A stretch of DNA of 64,000 nt, taken from NCBI GenBank assembly GCA_043802485.1, contig JAZDKZ010000001.1:75257-139256 (forward strand). Direction: 5' to 3'. Under the pieces are notes generated by a model, which saw only the letters and a program-made list of their open reading frames with translations, was not told the origin of the DNA and ran no database searches. How positions within the stretch are numbered: the stretch's first letter is position 1; each line of letters opens with the position of its first letter. This DNA is from Candidatus Aenigmatarchaeota archaeon (lineage in GTDB: Archaea > Aenigmatarchaeota > Aenigmatarchaeia > Aenigmatarchaeales > Aenigmatarchaeaceae). Below are positions 28,534 to 37,448 of this stretch, piece by piece. The translations under genes and the position numbers were made by a program.

Positions 28534-29079
28534 TTACTGCTTCTTGCCGGGTTTGTTCCTTCTCTCAAAGCCTCTCATAAGGCTTCTTGAGCTCTTGCCT
28601 GAAGATGTCAGACCCCTGTAGGACCTTCCCTTTGTGCTGCATATCCAGTTGAGCTTCTTGTCTCTTTTTATGCACGGGTGTTGTGGATCGACCAGAATGA
28701 TTTCGAACCATTTCTTCTTGCCGTCCTCTGCAACATAATAGGAGTTGAGCACTTCCATGTTGGAGAACTTTTTGTTCACCCTCATTTCGGCGATGTGCTG
28801 CGCGTTCATCTTGGGGTTCATTTTCGTCTGCCCTGCGTGTATGGGCTTCCTTCCACCAGACATCTTTTCTCTTTTGGAGGAACCCTTGCCAATCTTTACT
28901 CTTGCTACAACAAAGCCCTGCTTGGCCTTATAACCCAAAGCATGAGCCCTGTCAAGGCGTGTCGGCCTTTCCAGCTTTACAATCACAGGCTCTTTTCTCC
29001 AAGAAATCAGTCTTTCCTTGATTATCTCTTTCTGTTGCGGACTCTTCCAAAGTTTCTTCATATATTTTTGATAACCCAT
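28534..29079 (-). CDS. rpl15e: 50S ribosomal protein L15e
   Basis: PTRLDRAHALGYKAKQG, VLNSY, RGLTSSGK. Confidence 0.97.
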   Translation of the reverse strand: MGYQKYMKKLWKSPQQKEIIKERLISWRKEPVIVKLERPTRLDRAHALGYKAKQGFVVARVKIGKGSSKREKMSGGRKPIHAGQTKMNPKMNAQHIAEMRVNKKFSNMEVLNSYYVAEDGKKKWFEIILVDPQHPCIKRDKKLNWICSTKGRSYRGLTSSGKSSRSLMRGFERRNKPGKKQ

Positions 29080-29228
29080 CTCACATCACCTTTCGGTTTC
29101 AAGCTATTACTACTATAGATTAAATCAAAGGTTTTTATAGCTTATGGTTTCGGGGTTGATGATGAATGCTTGAAAAAACAGCGAAAGATTTTTATATGCC
29201 TGATTCCATAAGGACAGTAGGTGAAACT

Positions 29229-29444
29229 ATGGGTATAGGAAAAATACTGATTGGATTGATTTTCGTTATAATTGGCATATGGGCGGTAATGCCTGAACCT
29301 TGGGGCTACGGATTAATAGACCATCTAATAAGGTTGTTAGCAGGTATTGTCCCGCTATTACTGATATTCATCGGTTTGATACTGGTCTGGATAGAGGCAG
29401 AGGAACTAAAGATCGCAAAGCCGAAGAAGAAAAGAAGAAGATAG
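29229..29444 (+). CDS. Small two-TM protein with basic tail
   Basis: SD GGTGA before ATG 29229; two TM helices; KPKKKRRR. Confidence 0.7.
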   Translation: MGIGKILIGLIFVIIGIWAVMPEPWGYGLIDHLIRLLAGIVPLLLIFIGLILVWIEAEELKIAKPKKKRRR

Positions 29445-29525
29445 GATTTGCCAAAGTTGTTTTCTTTTTTATTTTTGTATTAACTTTTTCTTAATTATTT
29501 AAGCAGAAATAGCAAAGCTATTATT

Positions 29526-29999
29526 ATGAAAAGGGCCCTTGGCACTGGTTTCAGCTTTGGTCTGACTTCTGGGATAATAACCACACTTGGCTTAATGGTG
29601 GGTCTGCACGGCAGCACAGGCTCTTCACTTGTTGTAATAGGCGGCATACTGACGATAGCAGTTGCCGATGCTTTCTCCGATGCACTCGGCATCCACATCT
29701 GCCAGGAATCTCAGAACCATGACGCGAAGGAGATTTGGGAGTCGACTGTTTCCACGTTTTTGTCAAAGTTCTTTTTCGCGCTGACATTCTTGGTTCCTGT
29801 GATGATGCTGGATATCGGTACGGCCATTTTGGTCAGCGTTGCATGGGGCCTTTTGCTGATTGGTGTAATCAGCTTCAAGATAGCTAGAGGAAAGAAAGAG
29901 GCTGCCTGGAAGGTCGTTGGCGAGCACCTGCTTATAGCCCTGTTGGTTATAGTGATAACCCACTATGTCGGGGACTGGGTAGCCTTTACTTTTGTCTAA
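29526..29999 (+). CDS. VIT1/CCC1-like membrane protein
   Basis: FGLTSGIITTLG, ADAFSDALGIH. Confidence 0.8.
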   Translation: MKRALGTGFSFGLTSGIITTLGLMVGLHGSTGSSLVVIGGILTIAVADAFSDALGIHICQESQNHDAKEIWESTVSTFLSKFFFALTFLVPVMMLDIGTAILVSVAWGLLLIGVISFKIARGKKEAAWKVVGEHLLIALLVIVITHYVGDWVAFTFV

Positions 30000-31099
30000 G
30001 CAGGTTTTTTAAAAGCTTTTATTTTCGGCTTGTATTTCTGTTTCGGTCGTCCGAAGCTTACCCTTTTTTCATAGAGGGGTACCTCTTTGATATCAACAGG
30101 TTTCTGGACTATGATGTCCTCCAACTTCATTGTAGTTATTTTCTCCCCCCTTAGGTCTGTGACAGCAACGTCGCTCATGCTCTCTTGGGCTAAATAAACA
30201 GCAGCCCTGCCGAACTTTTCGCCTGTGTAGGCGTCAAAACAGCCGCATGGACCGCTTCTTGGTATGTGTTCTAGCGACATGTGCTTGGTTTCAATACTCA
30301 ATCTATCTCTTATTTGATTAGCTATTTTCTCACTTATTCCGCCCAGTTTTTTATGACCGAATTCATCTGTTTCGCTAGAGGTGTAGGTTTTTTCCTTTTT
30401 CTCGATAGGCATTGCCCCTTCTGCTGCTACAACAATTGCAAACGGACTGGTATCTTCCCTTTTTCTCTTTTCATATATTTTCTTTACATCATTGCATACA
30501 ACATTTATGTCATAGGGTATTTCTGGGATCAGTATTACGTCTGCCATCCCAGCAAGCCCAGCTTCAAAGGCAACATGTCCCGTGTTTCTGCCAAAGACCT
30601 CTATTACGAAAACTCTTCTATGGCTGCTTGTAGTTGTTCTGAGGTCTACGAGATGATCCCTAACACGCTCAACCGCTGTGTCGAATCCTAGGCTGTAGCC
30701 TTGAAGGTCATAGTCCATGGTCTTTGGTATGCCGATAACTGGAAATCCTAACTTGTCAAGCTTGCAAGCAACACCAAGCGTGTCCTCCCCACCAATGGCT
30801 ATTAAAGAATTATAATTATTTTTTTTCAAATTTTCCAAAACAATACTTGATTTGTCTTTTTCATCATCACACTTGAAGGGATTTGTCCTACTAGTCCCAA
30901 GTATGGTGCCAGACTTTTCGCCTATACCTTCCACATCTTTAGAGTTTAGACGCATTTCTTTATATTTTATCAGGCCTTCCCAACCATTTTTTATTCCGTA
31001 GAGTTCATGGTTCAGCTCTTCTGCTGCGAAAGTCGCACCCCTGATGGCGCTGTTTATTCCCGCGCAGTCCCCTCCGCCTGTAAGAATACCTATTTTCAA
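29996..31099 (-). CDS. PfkA-family 6-phosphofructokinase, probably PPi-dependent
   Basis: TGGGDCAGIN, GTSRTNP, GGEDT, PKTMD, DEFGH. Confidence 0.9.
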   Translation of the reverse strand: MKIGILTGGGDCAGINSAIRGATFAAEELNHELYGIKNGWEGLIKYKEMRLNSKDVEGIGEKSGTILGTSRTNPFKCDDEKDKSSIVLENLKKNNYNSLIAIGGEDTLGVACKLDKLGFPVIGIPKTMDYDLQGYSLGFDTAVERVRDHLVDLRTTTSSHRRVFVIEVFGRNTGHVAFEAGLAGMADVILIPEIPYDINVVCNDVKKIYEKRKREDTSPFAIVVAAEGAMPIEKKEKTYTSSETDEFGHKKLGGISEKIANQIRDRLSIETKHMSLEHIPRSGPCGCFDAYTGEKFGRAAVYLAQESMSDVAVTDLRGEKITTMKLEDIIVQKPVDIKEVPLYEKRVSFGRPKQKYKPKIKAFKKPA

Positions 31100-31228
31100 G
31101 CAATCACTCTTTTTAATATGGCAGGTAAAAATATAAAAACTTGCTAAATGTTGAATAAAACTGGGTTAATCCAATTCGCGTTTCATTTGATATTAAAAAC
31201 TTAAATAATTCTGAGGACAACTTCAATT

Positions 31229-32494
31229 ATGCTTTTTTCTGGCGAGTCCGGTTCCCTTTGTGCAAAGTGTAAGGGCAGGCTCTGGTGCGGCAAGGAACGC
31301 TGTCCGATAGTCGTAAAGTTCTATGCCCAGAACAAGGCCAAGCCCTTGATTGATTCTACTCATCTTGAGGGTTCGTCTCCTCCGTCAGTTTTCGTGGGCA
31401 GGTACAACTATCCCAAGGTCTTTGTCGGGCCCATGGTGCCGCCGCAGCACGGTGACACCAACTTCATGGACACGCCCGAGATGTGGACAGGCAAGTCTAT
31501 AGAGGAGATAGTTGATTTCCGCTTCAGGTTGGTTAGGGGCAAATTCCTGACAGGCGTCAAGAACTTTGAGGGAAAAATCATCGAGAGGACAAGGGAGATT
31601 GCCCTTTCAGAGCAATCACCAAGCGCCGAGGTCGAGTTCAAGTCAAAGCCTGTGGGAAGGATTGCCCTCAGTGACGATGTGCAGCCCTTCGGTCCGTCCG
31701 CCCCTGTTATAGACCTTAACATCGAGAACCAGCCTTTCAACAAAAGGATTGAAAGGGCTTTCTATGACGCCGACCTGAAGGCTGTCGACGCTGTCAACCG
31801 GCTGTACAAGGACGGCGTCCTCATATCAAAGATACAAAAGGCCTTTTCTGTCGGAGCCTTCGGCATCGGCAAGAACAGGATGTTCGTCCCGACAAGATGG
31901 TCGATAACAGCTGTCGACGACATGATATCCAAGAACATGATAGAGTATACCAAGACCTACCCTCTGATTAATGAGTACAGAATCTATGAATACAACTATC
32001 TGGATAATCGATGGATTATTCTTATGCTTCCAAGGGAGTGGAGCTACGAGCTGATAGAGGCCTGGTATCCTAAGACACTGTGGAACCCAGACAAGGCGAA
32101 CATAGAGATATTCGCAGACCACGAGTTCTATGATGGAAGGAAAAAATACCCGGATATAGGCGGCTGCTACTTTGCAAGTAGGCTTGCCGTTAATGAGCTG
32201 CTGAACAACGAAAGGAGGCAGGCTGGGGTTGTCGTGATGAGGGAGGCTCATCCTGGCTACATCATGCCTGTTGGCGTCTGGAATGTTAGGGAGTCTGTCA
32301 GGAAAGCTTTGGAAACCAGCCCAATTAGATTCTCTTCACTCGACCAGATGCTGGACTATATAGCAAAGAAGCTTGACATACCCATGAAAAAGTGGATTGA
32401 GACCAGCGCTGTTTTAAGAGATACCATGCGTCAGAAGAGGCTGATAGATTTTATCAAGGTGAAACCATATGTTAGCAAAGGAAGTACTTTGTAA
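31229..32494 (+). CDS. nreA: Nre-family DNA repair protein
   Basis: N-terminal CxxCKG..WCG...CP, GSSPPSVFVG, VPTRWSITAVDD, PVGVWNVRE, C-terminal PIP box QKRLIDF. Confidence 0.92.
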   Translation: MLFSGESGSLCAKCKGRLWCGKERCPIVVKFYAQNKAKPLIDSTHLEGSSPPSVFVGRYNYPKVFVGPMVPPQHGDTNFMDTPEMWTGKSIEEIVDFRFRLVRGKFLTGVKNFEGKIIERTREIALSEQSPSAEVEFKSKPVGRIALSDDVQPFGPSAPVIDLNIENQPFNKRIERAFYDADLKAVDAVNRLYKDGVLISKIQKAFSVGAFGIGKNRMFVPTRWSITAVDDMISKNMIEYTKTYPLINEYRIYEYNYLDNRWIILMLPREWSYELIEAWYPKTLWNPDKANIEIFADHEFYDGRKKYPDIGGCYFASRLAVNELLNNERRQAGVVVMREAHPGYIMPVGVWNVRESVRKALETSPIRFSSLDQMLDYIAKKLDIPMKKWIETSAVLRDTMRQKRLIDFIKVKPYVSKGSTL

Positions 32495-33263
32495 AACCAT
32501 TTTGAGCAAGTCTCGCTTGGAGACAAAGTATTCTATTAATCCGTACAGGGGGTGCTCGCATGCCTGTGTCTACTGCTACGCGCCTTATGTTCTTAGAGAA
32601 GGCAGAGAATGGGGAGCATTCATGGAAGCTAAAATTAATGCTCCTGAAATCCTGGAAAAGGACCTGAAGCGAAACAAGCCTGGCACGATCTTCATAAGCT
32701 CTGTTACTGATCCTTACAACTCCTGCGAGGAGAAGTATAAACTTACCAGAAAAATTTTGGAGAAGCTGAAAGGCACCGATTATTTCGCCGTTGTCCAGAC
32801 CAAGTCCAAGCTGGTCCTCAGGGACATTGACCTGCTGAAGCATATCAAATGCGAGGTCGGGATGACCATAACCACCTTTGACGAGGACGCCAGAAAGGTT
32901 TTCGAGCCAGGAGCGTCCCAAAGTCTTGAGAGATTGGAAGCCCTCAAAATGTTGAAAGCAGAAGGGATAAGGACCTACATATTCTTCGGTCCAGTTCTGC
33001 CAATGATAAGCGATATAGACTTGGAAGAGACTGTCAAAAAGTTCGCTTCAGCCAACCCGGACTATGTGATTGTTGACAGGTTGAACATCAAGCGCCCTGC
33101 CCACTGGAAAAAAATAGAAAAAATTCTGGAGAAGAGCTATCCCCAGTTGGTTGACAAATGGCAGGAGATATTGTTTTCCGATAAGGACTATTACAAGAAC
33201 ATTAAAGAAAGGCTTGCGGAGCTTTTCCAGAGATACGGGCTAAAGTACGAAATGTGCTATTAG
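32469..33263 (+). CDS. SplB-like radical SAM DNA repair protein
   Basis: NPYRGCSHACVYCYA, SSVTDPY, QTKS.LVLRD. Confidence 0.9.
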   Translation: MLAKEVLCKTILSKSRLETKYSINPYRGCSHACVYCYAPYVLREGREWGAFMEAKINAPEILEKDLKRNKPGTIFISSVTDPYNSCEEKYKLTRKILEKLKGTDYFAVVQTKSKLVLRDIDLLKHIKCEVGMTITTFDEDARKVFEPGASQSLERLEALKMLKAEGIRTYIFFGPVLPMISDIDLEETVKKFASANPDYVIVDRLNIKRPAHWKKIEKILEKSYPQLVDKWQEILFSDKDYYKNIKERLAELFQRYGLKYEMCY

Positions 33264-33266
33264 ATG

Positions 33267-33935
33267 CTATATGTTCAATAACATTGCAAGGGATTCTGAA
33301 TCATATAACATGAAATTTGTTCTAGGCCATTTTTTGTTTTGCTCTTTCTTGATTCTGTTCTGAATGCCCGTGTTAAATGAAATGTAATCGTCTGATATCA
33401 TAGGACATCCTAGCTCGACCGAGACCGCTGCTATCGAGAAGTCACCTTCCTCTTTAAGGCTTTCTGAAATAACCGGATACTTTCTTCGATAATAATCAGT
33501 TTGTAGAAGGACTGTACAGAAATTCCCTTCCATGCTTTCTATCAGAGAATCTATATTTGTCGCTCCGCTCAGACGTTCAAAATACTTCAACTCGGCATAT
33601 ATTTTATTGGTTATAATTGGGCACAGCCCCTTGTTGTTAAAATAACCATCTTCCATGGCATTAACTATCTTTATTCTTTTTTTGCAATTTCTCTTCTCTT
33701 TAACAAGAGTTCTTCCCCCAGTCTTTTCGTAGGAATGGTTATGGTTCTTTAAGAATGCACGATTCTTGTGCTTTAAGAATTCATATAGAGTTCTTTTTTC
33801 TCTTGGAAGAACAGCCGACATTATTATATTGGCGTCTACAGCGATTAAATTTTCTGCAGGAAGCTCTATTATTTTTTCAACACCGGGTTCATAAAGTCTG
33901 ATGAATTTTGGGAGCTGCCTTTCTAGCGTCTGCAT
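33267..33935 (-). CDS. PIN-like domain protein
   Basis: IAVDANII, IYAEL, EGDFSI, MISDD acidic quartet; AT-rich. Confidence 0.6.
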   Translation of the reverse strand: MQTLERQLPKFIRLYEPGVEKIIELPAENLIAVDANIIMSAVLPREKRTLYEFLKHKNRAFLKNHNHSYEKTGGRTLVKEKRNCKKRIKIVNAMEDGYFNNKGLCPIITNKIYAELKYFERLSGATNIDSLIESMEGNFCTVLLQTDYYRRKYPVISESLKEEGDFSIAAVSVELGCPMISDDYISFNTGIQNRIKKEQNKKWPRTNFMLYDSESLAMLLNI

Positions 33936-33968
33936 AATTAAAAGTTGTGAACTAAGTTTTAAAAGCTT

Positions 33969-34709
33969 TTATTTGGCCTTCTTGAAGACAACCCCTATCT
34001 TTTCCAGCCTTTCCTTTACGCCTTTGTATATCTTTAGCTCCTCCTCCTCAAAGTCGAAGAAGCTGGGATTGATGGTTTCCAAACGACTCCTCAGATTTTC
34101 CAGGGTCTCTTCCTTGGAGAACAGTGTCATGACAGCCGGGTTGCACGGGACGCCTGCCTGGTTGAGGTTCTTTAGCGCCTCTATCTGATACTCGAAGAAC
34201 TTTGGCTCTGCTCCAGTGAGCTTTGAAAATTCAGTGGGGCTGGCGCCTTTCAAACTAACTCGGACGCGGACAAAGTCCTTGAACTCGGCCAGCTCCATGG
34301 CATAGCTCAGGTCGCAGCCGATGATTATGCCGTTGGTCTCAATTATGACGTCCAAACCGGAGCCCTTGAGATAACCGAGCACCTTGAGCAGGTGCTGCCA
34401 TCCCAGGGTCGGCTCGTTGCCTGACAGCCTGACGTGCTTGAAGCCGTTCTCCCTGGCGATCCTGATTAGTTCGTCTGCCACTTCCTTGGGCTTGCAGAAC
34501 TTGCCTGAATCCTCCGGTTTCTCAAGGGTCTTCCAAGCCCAGCAGAAAGCGCACCTCAGACAGCAGCCGACGCAGTCCGCTGTGGCAACGCCGCCGTAGA
34601 ACTTGGCAGGCCTGAACCTGTAGAACTTTTTCTCAGAGTTCTTGCATATAATCTTCTCGGTTTCCTTGGCCAGTTCCACAGGATTGAACATATTATTAAT
34701 ATAGGGCAT
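33969..34709 (-). CDS. Radical SAM protein
   Basis: GCCLRCAFC, LSGNEP, IETNG, RVSLKG. Confidence 0.9.
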   Translation of the reverse strand: MPYINNMFNPVELAKETEKIICKNSEKKFYRFRPAKFYGGVATADCVGCCLRCAFCWAWKTLEKPEDSGKFCKPKEVADELIRIARENGFKHVRLSGNEPTLGWQHLLKVLGYLKGSGLDVIIETNGIIIGCDLSYAMELAEFKDFVRVRVSLKGASPTEFSKLTGAEPKFFEYQIEALKNLNQAGVPCNPAVMTLFSKEETLENLRSRLETINPSFFDFEEEELKIYKGVKERLEKIGVVFKKAK

Positions 34710-34848
34710 TAAAATATAACTGTCGGTCCATTAAATAACTTTTTTGTTATGGGTCACTCATTTTATCACTCCAATCAAATGGACACCTAAAACCATTCCT
34801 TTAAAAGGTTGAAAACAAAAAACTGAAATAATAATAGGAGGTATTAAG

Positions 34849-35112
34849 ATGGTAACAGGTATTGTAAAATTTTTTAATCCGAACAAAAGCTTTGGGTTCA
34901 TAACTGGTGATGACGGAAAGGATTATTTCGTCCATACAAGTGGATTGAAAGAAGGCGTTGACATCACAGAAGGCGACAAAGTTTCCTTTGAAGTTGTTAA
35001 AGGCGACAAGGGACCAAAAGCTGAACAAGTTGAAAAAATAAAAGCTGCAGATTCAGACGATTCAGACGATTCAGACGATTCAGACGAAGATGCAGAAGAA
35101 GATGTAGAATAA
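34849..35112 (+). CDS. Cold-shock protein with acidic tail
   Basis: GIVKFFN..KSFGFI, DYFVH, KGPKA; SD GGAGGT. Confidence 0.93.
   Translation: MVTGIVKFFNPNKSFGFITGDDGKDYFVHTSGLKEGVDITEGDKVSFEVVKGDKGPKAEQVEKIKAADSDDSDDSDDSDEDAEEDVE
35050..35085 (+). repeat. 9-bp tandem repeat (GATTCAGAC)x4 encoding (DSD)4
   Basis: Four exact copies. Confidence 0.95.
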
Positions 35113-35271
35113 TAAAATCTATTCTAAAAAACCTTTTGTAATTAATATTTGTAGCAACGGCTTTAAAATTAAGATTTGTCTATATTTGAAAAAAGCTTGC
35201 ATTGAGAGTGCTATACTGAAATGGGTAAACCCCCCTAAAGCATTAAAAGCTGGTTTTTCTATAGTTTTAGT

Positions 35272-35433
35272 ATGGCAAAGTTCGATAAAAGGGGCGGTGT
35301 GATAGGGGCAGTTGTTGGAGCTACAGTAGCAATAACGATGGGTATGGTAAACCTTCCTATAGTAGAAAAAGTAGCAGTATCATGTGCTGTTGGTTTTATT
35401 GTGGGAATAACAATACATCTTATTTGGAAATAA
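35272..35433 (+). CDS. Small two-TM protein (53 aa)
   Basis: Translated by hand: MAKFDKRGGVIGAVVGATVAITMG...IHLIWK; TATA-like ATTAAAA upstream. Confidence 0.6.
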   Translation: MAKFDKRGGVIGAVVGATVAITMGMVNLPIVEKVAVSCAVGFIVGITIHLIWK

Positions 35434-35505
35434 AATCTCTTTGATTTAGAAAGAAAACCTATTTAACTCGGCTTGCACCAAATAAGATATAACTAAGGTG
35501 AAAAC

Positions 35506-36171
35506 ATGAAAAATCTAATTGTATTAACACTGCTGATTCTGCTTTTGAGCACTGTGGCTGTTTTGGCAGCGCAGGAGCAAATAGGCGTGGCAGCAACAGC
35601 TACGGCGACAAAGGTAGCAGCTTCGCCAGGAAGGATAACTGCTGTCCAGAAGAACCAGTTCAAGGAGACGCTCAGGAACTATTTTTCCACGGTTCTGCAC
35701 GGCTACGGCATAGGCTTCACTGAAGAGAACTATGTGACGGCAAAGTGGCACATTAGCAATGTAAAGATAGTTCCCAAGGTCAACGTGAACCAGATGATAA
35801 GGGAAGCAAAGCAGGGCGAGGATACTGACTGGGACGCTGTCCGCGAAAGGGTAAGAGAGGCTTTGAGCACAGGAGCGACGACCGTGAAAAAAGGCAGGAT
35901 AAGGATAGCTGGAACAGACTATGCCTTGACCAATATTGTTGTCTCGGACGGCTCTGCAACAGCTGACATCAACCAGCTGCCAGACTATGTGGCTTGCAAG
36001 GAAGCGGAACTGTCGGCAGAGGAATGCGAAACTAACGCGGCAAAAGTTGGTGAGTTTTCGCTGACAAGAAAAACAAGCACAAGCGATGCAAAAGAGCCAA
36101 ACGTATGGGCAGGAACCTTGACACTCAGCGACATAGTCTACACATTTGTCACGTTCTCCTATCCAAGGTGA
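35506..36171 (+). CDS. Secreted hypothetical protein
   Basis: Signal peptide ending VLA; SD GGTGA. Confidence 0.75.
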   Translation: MKNLIVLTLLILLLSTVAVLAAQEQIGVAATATATKVAASPGRITAVQKNQFKETLRNYFSTVLHGYGIGFTEENYVTAKWHISNVKIVPKVNVNQMIREAKQGEDTDWDAVRERVREALSTGATTVKKGRIRIAGTDYALTNIVVSDGSATADINQLPDYVACKEAELSAEECETNAAKVGEFSLTRKTSTSDAKEPNVWAGTLTLSDIVYTFVTFSYPR

Positions 36172-36175
36172 TTGA

Positions 36176-36463
36176 ATGAACAAGACAATAATAGCTGCTT
36201 CGGTCCTGATAATAGTAGCAGTGGTGGCGATATTGGTGCTGCCGATGCCGTTTAGTCAGGAGACAGGTCCAGCAGGAACAGAGCAGGAAGTGGTTATAGG
36301 GGATAGCGTACAAGTGACCATTGACGAGGAGTTTGCGCTTCAGGACATGTACATCGAGATGCTCAACGAGGAGATGGACTCTTTGGACATGGAGCAGACT
36401 GACTTTAACGAAGAGATGGAAGACAGCATGGCAGAAGACATGAGCCAGTTCTACTACCAGTAA
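36176..36463 (+). CDS. Membrane-anchored acidic small protein
   Basis: N-terminal TM, Glu/Asp/Met-rich tail; operonic with the upstream gene. Confidence 0.7.
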   Translation: MNKTIIAASVLIIVAVVAILVLPMPFSQETGPAGTEQEVVIGDSVQVTIDEEFALQDMYIEMLNEEMDSLDMEQTDFNEEMEDSMAEDMSQFYYQ

Positions 36464-36489
36464 TTTTTTATTTTCCCTTTCTTTTTATT

Positions 36490-37140
36490 TTATCTATGCA
36501 GCCTAAGCTCTCCACGTCTCACATAAGAAGAATCAGGCTCTATTTTCATCGCGTTCACAAGTTCTGGTTCTAAACTAGGGTTGCTCAAGGCCCCGCCATA
36601 GATGCCTTTTTTGCATGCTATCGTGTGGCCAGCGTTTATTGGGCCGAAAAGAGTGCACACAGTCCCTTGGGAACGGATGTCCCCGTCCGCTTCTAGAAGG
36701 GTCCCTGCTATTATGTCTCCTCTGGATGATATTGAGCCTCTACACACCAACTTTGTAAATGTCTCTATTCTTCCAGAGGATTTCAGGTCACCCTCCACAA
36801 GCATGTCCCTGATACTTGTGGTCCTCCCGACTTCCAGGTTCCCACGCACCTCTACCTCTACATTGGGAGCCAACAGACTGGAACCTACGACCAAGTCGCC
36901 ATTAAAAACAAGATGTTTCTCTCCCTCATAGATAGTCATGTTGTTGTCGACTCGCGTATTTCCTTTAACACTCAGGCCCTTTGCGGCGATAATCTCATAA
37001 GCATGTATAGACGATTTCACTTCGCAGTAATTTTCGAATATGACCCTTTGGAAGGGAAACATGAAAGAACTTTCATAAGATTTTTTGTTCAATTCACTAT
37101 CTTTGATTATCTTTGTTTTTAAAGAAACCATAAGAATCAA
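36490..37140 (-). CDS. Beta-helical (bactofilin/polymer-forming-like) protein
   Basis: Repeated V/I-x-G-D/N-L/I units (VKGN, FNGDL, VRGNL, VEGDL, ADGDI). Confidence 0.55.
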   Translation of the reverse strand: MILMVSLKTKIIKDSELNKKSYESSFMFPFQRVIFENYCEVKSSIHAYEIIAAKGLSVKGNTRVDNNMTIYEGEKHLVFNGDLVVGSSLLAPNVEVEVRGNLEVGRTTSIRDMLVEGDLKSSGRIETFTKLVCRGSISSRGDIIAGTLLEADGDIRSQGTVCTLFGPINAGHTIACKKGIYGGALSNPSLEPELVNAMKIEPDSSYVRRGELRLHR

Positions 37141-37268
37141 CCCATGAGCTCTAATCGCCTGACAGCGTCCCTTACGGCCTCTGACCTGTTGGGATAGATG
37201 CCGCTTTCGATTAGAACGTCTATCTTTTGGATCAATTCCCTTGTTAATCGTATTTGTATTGGATGCAC
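37137..37268 (-). CDS. Ribbon-helix-helix (CopG/Arc) regulator
   Basis: Translated by hand from GTG: MHPIQIRLTRELIQKIDVLIESGIYPNRSEAVRDAVRRLELMG. Confidence 0.85.
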   Translation of the reverse strand: MHPIQIRLTRELIQKIDVLIESGIYPNRSEAVRDAVRRLELMG

Positions 37269-37448
37269 ATTACCACTGTCTATTTATTGAAAGCAAAAAG
37301 ATTTAAGCTTGTTTCAGGATTTAGTACAAGTGTTAGACAATTGTAGTTGATGCGTAATGCTAGTAAAGCAATAAATAGTTTCAAGTTCTATTAGGATTGT
37401 GTATTTTCTTAAAATGCAACATAAAAAAATTCTGTGTGAGGTGAGTAA

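Noticed and set aside
37321..37362. Short words shared with 45421-45475 (TAGTACA, TGCGTAAT, TAATGCTA)
   Set aside because: Order and orientation differ between the two regions; insufficient to call a shared operator.
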